61,173 nucleotides of DNA from a virus. Taxonomy: Duplodnaviria > Caudoviricetes. The notes under the pieces were generated by a model. The model saw nothing but the letters and a program-made list of their open reading frames with translations, was not told the origin of the DNA and made no database searches. The position numbers and the translations under genes are program-made. Positions 1-6,505 of this stretch are shown here, piece after piece (position 1 is the first letter of the stretch; every line of letters starts with the position of its first letter). The stretch lies in the IMG/VR virus record IMGVR_UViG_3300030372_004731, positions 1-61,173 of that record. One strand, given 5' to 3'.

Positions 1-71
1 GCGCCGGCGGCTGGGAACCAGCTTCAGACATATAAACAGCGAATTAACTAAGCTCTATGCGGGAAACGGGA

Positions 72-467
72 TTACGGGAAGCCAGCACGGTCCGTGCGAA
101 GGATGCTAATTAACTTAGACCAGTCATACGGTTTCTCTAATGTTAGAACGGGAAACGGGAATCCAGGACCGGTGACCACGTTACGACAATCGTAAACCTT
201 TAAGACCGAACCCGAGAGGGGTCGGGCCAAGACAAAAACATTTCCTCCAGCTCTTAATCTCTCGTATATCCAGGCTTTTTGAAACTTAGATAGCCGAAGT
301 GAGTTTCCTTTAATTACCTTAAGCTCAAGCCAGAAATCTTTTCCATTTATACACCCATTAACGTCAGGTATACCTAGTCCAATTCTACTTTCGATTCTTA
401 CTAAATGCGCTTCTTTTAAGCCTTTTCTTACGTCTTGCCATAACTTTGCTTCCGGGCCTTTTGACAT
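72..467 (-). CDS. VRR-NUC-like / Holliday junction resolvase-like PD-(D/E)XK nuclease
   Basis: E..LW...RIES...GIPDVNG...FWLELK...Q..W motif arrangement. Confidence 0.8.
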   Translation of the reverse strand: MSKGPEAKLWQDVRKGLKEAHLVRIESRIGLGIPDVNGCINGKDFWLELKVIKGNSLRLSKFQKAWIYERLRAGGNVFVLARPLSGSVLKVYDCRNVVTGPGFPFPVLTLEKPYDWSKLISILRTDRAGFP

Positions 468-801
468 TTAAATCTCCATTAATTAGTTCTGAAAGATAAG
501 GTAAGAACCATTTATTATCTTTTATAATTTGTACTAACAAATTAGTTAAAGCATTGACAGTTAATTCTTCTTTTTTTGTATTTGTTAAAGGACCACCTTC
601 AGCACTTAGACCCGAGTAATCCAACCCGGCATGCAATACTTCGTGTAACAACGTATTCCCTTTCTCAATACCTTTAAGATTTTTCTCCAATAGGATAGTT
701 TTGTTTTGCGCATTATATTCTCCTAAGGTAGCTCCATCTTTAAACACAATACTCTTAATGTTTAAATTATCGTAAGCAATTTTAATTCTTTTCTGTTTCA
801 A
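385..801 (-). CDS. HEXXH metallopeptidase-like phage protein
   Basis: LGEY...TLLHEVLHA motif; TTG start with upstream GAGGTG RBS. Confidence 0.6.
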   Translation of the reverse strand: MKQKRIKIAYDNLNIKSIVFKDGATLGEYNAQNKTILLEKNLKGIEKGNTLLHEVLHAGLDYSGLSAEGGPLTNTKKEELTVNALTNLLVQIIKDNKWFLPYLSELINGDLNVKRPGSKVMARRKKRLKRSAFSKNRK

Positions 802-872
802 CGTTCACCTCTCCTATGTGTGTACTAACATATGATCTATTATGAATAAAATTAAGAACAGCTAAAAAATCT

Positions 873-1409
873 TTAAACTTCTGAGTCTGCTGCGCTCTCA
901 TCTTTAACGATTTCAGCGTCCTCTGATATTTCGACAACTTTCGTCTCGCCAAGCTCATTTTTTAACTCCTTTATTGATTTAATTAAATCATCTTTACTCA
1001 ATGAAGATAGATTCTGTGTTTTAATTTCTTTTCTATCAATATAAAAACCTGCCGCTTGACCAAGTCTAAACTCAGAATTAATGGCTGCTGCCATTTGACC
1101 TTTATCTTCTGCACGTTTAGATAGACCGTCTAATCTTTTTAAATGTCTTAAAAAATCTTTGTAATGTGTAATTCCTTTCTCTCTCATCTCCTCAATGTAT
1201 GCAACAACATGTGGAGATTTATCAGGATTTGTTAAAAGCGAACCCCACTTTTCACAAGTAGGTTTAGAGTAACCAGCTTTTTCAGCTGCATCTTTTTTAG
1301 TTATGTTCGGGTAATTAGCAACATACACTTCAGCAAAAGTCCTCTGCTTAGGAGTTAAATGCAAGTGTGTCTTCTTCCTATTAGGAATTGTAACTCCAGT
1401 TCTACTCAT
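873..1409 (-). CDS. terS: Terminase small subunit
   Basis: LTPKQRTFAEVY...AAEKAGYS HTH typical of TerS; C-terminal AAINSE..LG.AAGFYIDRKEI. Confidence 0.8.
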   Translation of the reverse strand: MSRTGVTIPNRKKTHLHLTPKQRTFAEVYVANYPNITKKDAAEKAGYSKPTCEKWGSLLTNPDKSPHVVAYIEEMREKGITHYKDFLRHLKRLDGLSKRAEDKGQMAAAINSEFRLGQAAGFYIDRKEIKTQNLSSLSKDDLIKSIKELKNELGETKVVEISEDAEIVKDESAADSEV

Positions 1410-1540
1410 TAGTGACTTCCGTTTAGATGTATGATTAATAAATAAACAATAGCTACTCCAACCAGTACTCTATACTTAAGTTCATGAGTATCTAAAAAAT
1501 TCTTGTATTTTTGAGGTGATATTATATCCTTTAGTTTCAT
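1409..1540 (-). CDS. 43-aa single-TM microprotein (not in ORF track)
   Basis: MKLKDIISPQKYKNFLDTHELKYRVLVGVAIVYLLIIHLNGSH; AGGAG RBS; TAATG coupling to terS. Confidence 0.7.
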   Translation of the reverse strand: MKLKDIISPQKYKNFLDTHELKYRVLVGVAIVYLLIIHLNGSH

Positions 1541-1614
1541 TATTAGCTCCTGTATAAGATTATCTAGACTAAATATATATCATTTGCAAGTAAAGGTCAC
1601 GAGCCCTTTAGAGT

Positions 1615-1770
1615 AGTAGTCTGAAATTCTGTGTACTTTCTGGGTACTAGTATGACAAAATAAGTGTTGGTATTGCTGTCTAATAACTGTTTTTCTGTTA
1701 GTCTGGGTACTATTGAGGTAAAGCATAGTAATAAGTACTTATACTTCAAAGTATCTATATAGATACCGGA
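1615..1770. repeat. Putative replication origin: iteron-like repeats plus palindrome
   Basis: TCTG(T/G)GTACT at 1628, 1639 and 1702; perfect 16-bp palindrome GTATCTATATAGATAC at 1751-1766; non-coding. Confidence 0.45.
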
Positions 1771-1773
1771 AAG

Positions 1774-1884
1774 TTATTCTTCCTTTTCCTCCTCCTTCTC
1801 TTTTTCCTTCTCTTTAGCTTCTTCTTCCTTGCGAAGCTTATTTAGTTCTGCATAGTATTTTGGATGCCTCCATACATGTGTCAT
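1774..1884 (-). CDS. 36-aa highly charged microprotein (not in ORF track)
   Basis: MTHVWRHPKYYAELNKLRKEEEAKEKEKEKEEEKEE; AAAGGAG RBS. Confidence 0.7.
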   Translation of the reverse strand: MTHVWRHPKYYAELNKLRKEEEAKEKEKEKEEEKEE

Positions 1885-2036
1885 AAGACTCCTTTTTTAT
1901 TTATATTCTATTATATCATATTGACTTTTTAGAAATGCTCTAGAATTGAGTAAAGTGAATTAAGGCAGAAAATTGTTATTCAATAGAGCCGTGTATAAAA
2001 TTAAAAAAAAGCTTTTTAGGTTTTATCCACATTACA

Positions 2037-2052
2037 CGTTTCACGTGAAACA
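2037..2052. promoter_or_regulatory. parS: parS-like palindrome
   Basis: CGTTTCACGTGAAACA, 15/16 identical to the canonical bacterial parS TGTTTCACGTGAAACA; intergenic. Confidence 0.75.
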
Positions 2053-2059
2053 TTGGTCC

Positions 2060-2175
2060 AAATAAAGATCAAGTGAGCAACTAAAGATGAAAAAAAACAA
2101 AATATAAGGAATGCTCACTCGATCTTACGAGCCAGGTTCCACTCTCGCTTTCCCTGGCTCTGAAAGGAGTCTTTT
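2060..2175 (-). ncRNA. Candidate structured RNA (two adjacent hairpins)
   Basis: GAGCCAGG/CCTGGCTC stem at 2129-2160; 15-bp stem 2065-2079/2112-2126 whose only mismatch is a G-U pair on the minus strand. Confidence 0.45.
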
Positions 2176-2192
2176 ATAGAAAAAAGACAGCT

Positions 2193-2489
2193 CTACTTTA
2201 ATGTAATTTTCTTCATCAGTCTACCTATTTCTTGATCCTTAGATAAAATATCCGCCTGATGAGTTTCTCTCTCTATTTGAAAGTTCTTTTTTAAACTCTC
2301 AATTTCTTGCTGTAATTTCTTGAATTCTGGTGAAATATTACCAATTGCTCTGATAAGGGCCAATTCCTTTTCAGCTTCTTGCCTTTTATTTTTTTCTTCT
2401 CTCCACATATCTAGCAGAGTGCCATAATCAGTTTTAACATCTAGCTTTGCTTCGAATTGTTCTTTAGTTATTTCTTTCCATTCGGCCAT
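2193..2489 (-). CDS. Hypothetical coiled-coil protein
   Basis: ORF in operon, heptad-like composition. Confidence 0.7.
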   Translation of the reverse strand: MAEWKEITKEQFEAKLDVKTDYGTLLDMWREEKNKRQEAEKELALIRAIGNISPEFKKLQQEIESLKKNFQIERETHQADILSKDQEIGRLMKKITLK

Positions 2490-2662
2490 TTTGTAGTTAC
2501 CCTCCCATCTTTATCTCTTGACCTGTCAGGCCATTTGAGTTTTATTATTAATAAATCAGAATTCTTTAAATCTCCATGTGCTATTCTTATTTCATGGCCA
2601 TCTGGAGTGCCGTCGCTCCAATATCTAATATAATCTTTTACTACTATTTTTTTGGTAGCCAT
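2468..2662 (-). CDS. Hypothetical protein
   Basis: ORF in operon, ATG start. Confidence 0.65.
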   Translation of the reverse strand: MATKKIVVKDYIRYWSDGTPDGHEIRIAHGDLKNSDLLIIKLKWPDRSRDKDGRVTTKWPNGKK

Positions 2663-2678
2663 TAATTATACCAAAAAG

Positions 2679-2804
2679 TCATTTCTTTTTCCTCCCCATA
2701 TAGTAATCACCAGGCTCATAATTCCATTTTTTTCCATGATGTCCACGTATGTCAGCATACTTCATCCTAAGTTTTACTATTATCTTTTTTATTACTCTTA
2801 TCAT
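2679..2804 (-). CDS. 41-aa basic microprotein (not in ORF track)
   Basis: MIRVIKKIIVKLRMKYADIRGHHGKKWNYEPGDYYMGRKKK; fills the gap in a dense operon. Confidence 0.6.
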   Translation of the reverse strand: MIRVIKKIIVKLRMKYADIRGHHGKKWNYEPGDYYMGRKKK

Positions 2805-3414
2805 TTTTTTTCATTATCATTTTCCTTTCGCCGTTGGATATAAACTCAAAATCATATTCATTCAAGACCTGCCTGATTAAATGTGTATTGTAAGTCTTCC
2901 AATCATCGAAAATAAATATGGCCCCAGGTGCAGCTCTTTCAGCAAAAAACACAGCTTCATTAATTACGTCAGTGGTTTTGTGAGGACCATCAAAATGAAC
3001 CAAACCATACTCATTTAATAAATATGTTTTGCTTTCATGATAAAATTCTACGCCATAATAATATTTTTCCATAAACACTTTATCTGTCATATGCATATGG
3101 CTAAATCGTTTTTGTTCAGCAAAATCCTTCCTAAATTCTAATAACATCTTTTCGTCATAATCTAGTTTAGTCGCCTTTATTTTGTCATAATGCTCATAAA
3201 TTAAGTCTCCGTAGGGATCGATCCCAATATGAAAGTGTAATCCTGAGTAATTTGGTCGGATATACTCCATTATAATTTTAGTACTTAATCCTTTTCTTAC
3301 ACCTATCTCTGCTGTTAAAAGGATTGGTCTTTTTTCTTTGGAAAGTTCTCTACCTAAAGTTTCACAGTGAGCAGCTAATAAATCGTACTCTCTTGAGTCG
3401 CCTTCAATTGTCAT
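2767..3414 (-). CDS. Class I SAM-dependent methyltransferase (Methyltransf_24-like)
   Basis: AEIGVRKGLS motif I, HIGIDPY, VHFDGPH and FIFDD motifs. Confidence 0.8.
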   Translation of the reverse strand: MTIEGDSREYDLLAAHCETLGRELSKEKRPILLTAEIGVRKGLSTKIIMEYIRPNYSGLHFHIGIDPYGDLIYEHYDKIKATKLDYDEKMLLEFRKDFAEQKRFSHMHMTDKVFMEKYYYGVEFYHESKTYLLNEYGLVHFDGPHKTTDVINEAVFFAERAAPGAIFIFDDWKTYNTHLIRQVLNEYDFEFISNGERKMIMKKNDKSNKKDNSKT

Positions 3415-3520
3415 TTTTTTTACCTATAAATAAATTTAATATTAATACTAAGGGCAGCAGCATAATCCACAGCAATACAATAATTACTTTATCTAATGTG
3501 TTTAATATTTTTTTAATCAT
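3404..3520 (-). CDS. 38-aa membrane microprotein (not in ORF track)
   Basis: MIKKILNTLDKVIIVLLWIMLLPLVLILNLFIGKKNDN; ATGA coupling to the upstream gene. Confidence 0.6.
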   Translation of the reverse strand: MIKKILNTLDKVIIVLLWIMLLPLVLILNLFIGKKNDN

Positions 3521-3819
3521 TTGAAATACCTGGCTCTTTTTTTAAGATATTTCTTTTGAAATACCGTGAAAGCATAGGATTTAGTTTTAGATATTTTTTT
3601 ATATTTATCAGACACATATTTTGGGTCATATGAAGCGAACATGCAAACATTTGAATAATCTGTTGACTGAAGTCTAAACCATTTTTGTGCAGCCTTCTTA
3701 GCCACGATAAGACTTTTTTCAATTCCTCTATAAAGAGTATCATCGAAAGCTCTCCATAAGACAGCCTTCCATAGTCGAGTCTCCGGCTCCGCCGGTTGTG
3801 ATTCGTATTCTGTATACAT
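3517..3819 (-). CDS. Conserved phage hypothetical protein (possible regulator)
   Basis: PE.RLW.AVL.RA..D...A..WF...VC..A..DP pattern typical of a widespread phage family. Confidence 0.7.
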   Translation of the reverse strand: MYTEYESQPAEPETRLWKAVLWRAFDDTLYRGIEKSLIVAKKAAQKWFRLQSTDYSNVCMFASYDPKYVSDKYKKISKTKSYAFTVFQKKYLKKRARYFK

Positions 3820-3873
3820 TGCTCCTGTGTTTTATGACAGGAGACAGTTCTGTGGAAGATCGATGATGGTAAC

Positions 3874-4125
3874 TCATTGATGAAGCTGTCCCCTATCATT
3901 TGAGTTCGTCACTGGTCCGTGTTCCGTTGTCGTTGTGTTTTGTACAACACATATAGGACAAGTGCTATAGTATGTCGGTACGCATTGCAAGTTAAAAGGA
4001 ATAATAGTAGCTGTAACCTCTCTTTTTACGTAGTGGTTGCCATTACATAAATGACAGCTACCAACTCCATTATCAACAACGTTTCCAGCATTTTCTTTAT
4101 TTTTTCCTTCCATTCTTCCCTCCAC
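3874..4125 (-). CDS. Zn-finger protein
   Basis: CHLCNGNHY...CPIC. Confidence 0.65.
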   Translation of the reverse strand: MEGRMEGKNKENAGNVVDNGVGSCHLCNGNHYVKREVTATIIPFNLQCVPTYYSTCPICVVQNTTTTEHGPVTNSNDRGQLHQ

Positions 4126-4324
4126 TTTTATCCATATCTTTCAATACTTTAGCCTCATAAGCTTCCGGTGTCATGCCTCTATCCTTAGCTCTTCTTTGCA
4201 CTTCTTTATCGATAAGAAGTTCGATGTATTCTGCAGGCTTACGATACTCTTTCAAGCAAAGAGCTTGCAACAGGGTGTGAGATTTTTTTCTCACGGCCAC
4301 TGATTTCCATTTATTGATGTCCAT
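4097..4324 (-). CDS. Ribbon-helix-helix-like transcriptional regulator
   Basis: N-terminal beta strand WKSVAV followed by two helices. Confidence 0.6.
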   Translation of the reverse strand: MDINKWKSVAVRKKSHTLLQALCLKEYRKPAEYIELLIDKEVQRRAKDRGMTPEAYEAKVLKDMDKSGGKNGRKK

Positions 4325-4589
4325 AGGTTATTCCTTCTTTGTTAGTTTTAAATTTAATGATATTACCATAATCCATATGCTTAATCTTTATAGGTATGTT
4401 ACTTAAAGTACCTACACCTTTATTACGATCTCCTTCTGTAATTTTTACCCACATTTTTTCATCACCAAATGTTTTATCTTTAAACCAGACATAAACCATT
4501 CCTGGGTAATTATGTTCAGTATTTTTAATTAAATGATAAGTATCTACTCCATGATGCTCACAAGTATATAGTATATTATTAGGTTCCAT
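4311..4589 (-). CDS. DUF2314-like hypothetical protein
   Basis: EKMWVKI...G.L.N.P motif. Confidence 0.55.
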   Translation of the reverse strand: MEPNNILYTCEHHGVDTYHLIKNTEHNYPGMVYVWFKDKTFGDEKMWVKITEGDRNKGVGTLSNIPIKIKHMDYGNIIKFKTNKEGITYGHQ

Positions 4590-4600
4590 GTTTCCTTTCT

Positions 4601-4708
4601 TTAATCATTACCGTGTTCAACTATTTGATAGGTCCAGCCTTCAGGCATGCCGTCAACTGAATCCACAACTCCACTTATAATGTTTATTGTAATGTTGGGT
4701 TTTTTCAT
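4601..4708 (-). CDS. 35-aa microprotein (not in ORF track)
   Basis: MKKPNITINIISGVVDSVDGMPEGWTYQIVEHGND; GAAAGGA RBS. Confidence 0.6.
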   Translation of the reverse strand: MKKPNITINIISGVVDSVDGMPEGWTYQIVEHGND

Positions 4709-4720
4709 ATTTTCCTTTCT

Positions 4721-4837
4721 TTATATTAAGTACCACAATACACAAACTATAATTAACAGACTTACTCTCGGTAAAAATATTCCGATGCATAAGCTGATTA
4801 AAAGCAATGCTTTTATAGTTCCTGCAAGTGCGATCAT
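4721..4837 (-). CDS. 38-aa hydrophobic microprotein (not in ORF track)
   Basis: MIALAGTIKALLLISLCIGIFLPRVSLLIIVCVLWYLI; ATGA coupling. Confidence 0.6.
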   Translation of the reverse strand: MIALAGTIKALLLISLCIGIFLPRVSLLIIVCVLWYLI

Positions 4838-5112
4838 AGTGTTAATTTATTTTTTTGTCTTCGTTTTAACTCGGCTCTAATAGTATTGTCCGCTGTATCT
4901 TCATCAAAGAAATGATACCCACGATCACCACCAGTTGGTTCAAAGACTGTATTAATTAATCTTTGTTTTGCGTGCTGCCAACGGTAGTCATCTTTTTCAA
5001 GCATTCCTCCATTAGAATCGAGAGTGGGCACTTCTTTTAAAATGCTATGAACTGCTTTAGAAAAAACAGCCCAGTTGCAATGATACTCTGTTACTCCTTC
5101 TGATCTACTCAT
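4834..5112 (-). CDS. Hypothetical protein
   Basis: ORF in coupled operon. Confidence 0.7.
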   Translation of the reverse strand: MSRSEGVTEYHCNWAVFSKAVHSILKEVPTLDSNGGMLEKDDYRWQHAKQRLINTVFEPTGGDRGYHFFDEDTADNTIRAELKRRQKNKLTL

Positions 5113-5180
5113 ACTGTTACCACCAGTAGTATTGCTGCAAACAAACAGCTAACCAAACAATAAAAATTTAAACTACTCAT
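5109..5180 (-). CDS. 23-aa hydrophobic microprotein (not in ORF track)
   Basis: MSSLNFYCLVSCLFAAILLVVTV; TAATG and ATGA overlaps at its two ends. Confidence 0.55.
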   Translation of the reverse strand: MSSLNFYCLVSCLFAAILLVVTV

Positions 5181-5566
5181 TAGTTATCCTTTCCATTATT
5201 TGAATTCCACGTAGCAAACTGATCTTTAATCATCATCAACAATTGAGTGAATTTAGTATCAGCTGCTGGAGTTGTATGTTTATTTCTAACTTCATTCCCC
5301 AACTTTAAAACTAATTGATTATCTTCTAATTGAACTGTAATTGATTTAATATCAACTGGTTTAATTGGAGGAACTGTAGGGTGAGGGTCAGAGCCCATCA
5401 CAACACTCGAAGAAGACTCTACTTGTGTTTTAGTTTGAACAGCTCCAGTCTTGTTCGTAAAAATATCACCCGCTTCAGTGAGACCTTCCTTTTGACCTAT
5501 TATGTATAACATCTCAACGTAGGTATTTATTTTATTTATTATTTCTTGTTTATCCATTGTTACCAT
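5180..5566 (-). CDS. Hypothetical early protein
   Basis: First gene downstream of the leftward promoter. Confidence 0.7.
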   Translation of the reverse strand: MVTMDKQEIINKINTYVEMLYIIGQKEGLTEAGDIFTNKTGAVQTKTQVESSSSVVMGSDPHPTVPPIKPVDIKSITVQLEDNQLVLKLGNEVRNKHTTPAADTKFTQLLMMIKDQFATWNSNNGKDN

Positions 5567-5569
5567 CCT

Positions 5570-5651
5570 TGTTTATCCCATATTCTTATTACATATCCCA
5601 TTAACAATCAAGAGTTATTTACAAATAGTTTTAAAAAGTATAGGGTAACTG
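5570..5651. promoter_or_regulatory. Divergent sigma70-like promoters with two ATGGGATA boxes
   Basis: Minus strand TTGATT..ATGGGATA..TAAT..ATGGGATA; plus strand TTTACA(5618)-17-TAGGGT just before ATG 5652. Confidence 0.55.
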
Positions 5652-5888
5652 ATGTCTTATTTATTAACTATTGTAATGTGTTCAGGTTTAGCAAATCAGT
5701 GCCTGCAGCCCTTCACATTTCCAACACAATATAAAGATTCTTACACATGTATGGTAGAAGGCTATGAAAAAGCTAAAGAAAAAACCATAGAAATAGGCCG
5801 TGAAGAGGTAAATAAACACCAAATATACATCAAATTTGACTGTACTGCTGTCATAATTCCGCCACAAAAGCCTAAGGTTGAGACTTGA
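5652..5888 (+). CDS. Hypothetical Cys-containing, possibly exported protein
   Basis: Hydrophobic N-terminus, C..C..C..C pattern. Confidence 0.7.
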   Translation: MSYLLTIVMCSGLANQCLQPFTFPTQYKDSYTCMVEGYEKAKEKTIEIGREEVNKHQIYIKFDCTAVIIPPQKPKVET

Positions 5889-5914
5889 CAGGCTTAGATA
5901 AAAATGCATATAAT
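5885..5914 (+). promoter_or_regulatory. Consensus sigma70 promoter
   Basis: TTGACA-18-TATAAT; ATG at 5921 lies near the expected +1. Confidence 0.7.
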
Positions 5915-5920
5915 GTTCCT

Positions 5921-6199
5921 ATGAAAGCTTATCGGTTTAAATGCTGGTATAATGAGCTTTTTTGCGATTACACTGTAAACGCGAATGACGATAACCATGC
6001 CCAGCAAGTTATGGCCGATGCTGTAAATAATGGCGATGTTTTCTTTAAAGACGGAGGAGGATTTAGAGATCACAGAGTGCTGTTTATAACTTTTGAGGAG
6101 ACGAAGAGCAATGAGCCTACACGAGTTAGTACAGGAGAAACTAAAGTTGGAACATCAGTGGGCCAACCAAGCGTTAGCGCAGAAAAAAGTAACTCCTGA
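5921..6199 (+). CDS. Hypothetical protein (start moved to ATG 5921)
   Basis: MKAYRFKCWY... immediately after the promoter. Confidence 0.65.
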   Translation: MKAYRFKCWYNELFCDYTVNANDDNHAQQVMADAVNNGDVFFKDGGGFRDHRVLFITFEETKSNEPTRVSTGETKVGTSVGQPSVSAEKSNS

Positions 6200-6311
6200 T
6201 ATGAGATGGATAGACATTAAAGTTAAGAATCTTAAGACTAAGATTAACGATCAATGTGTGACAGACGCAAAAGAAGAATTGATTGTTGAAAGTAATAAAA
6301 TAGAAACTTAA
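6111..6311 (+). CDS. Hypothetical protein (start MSLHELVQEK)
   Basis: GAGGAG upstream of ATG 6111. Confidence 0.65.
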   Translation: MSLHELVQEKLKLEHQWANQALAQKKVTPDMRWIDIKVKNLKTKINDQCVTDAKEELIVESNKIET

Positions 6312-6313
6312 TT

Positions 6314-6505
6314 TTAGCGATCTATAAATATGCCAGGAAGTTCAACTTCCTTATAGAGAACTTTTCCGTTTATTTTTTGTTCAACAAAAGAATCACATAT
6401 TGCACAAGTAAATATTGTCGGTTTTTTAGTTTTGTTGAAGTGAGTGTACTCTGTGCATTTGGGGCACTTGCCCATATTTAATATTTCTTTAACTATTAAA
6501 GTCAT
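6314..6505 (-). CDS. Zn-ribbon protein
   Basis: CPKC...CAIC. Confidence 0.65.
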   Translation of the reverse strand: MTLIVKEILNMGKCPKCTEYTHFNKTKKPTIFTCAICDSFVEQKINGKVLYKEVELPGIFIDR

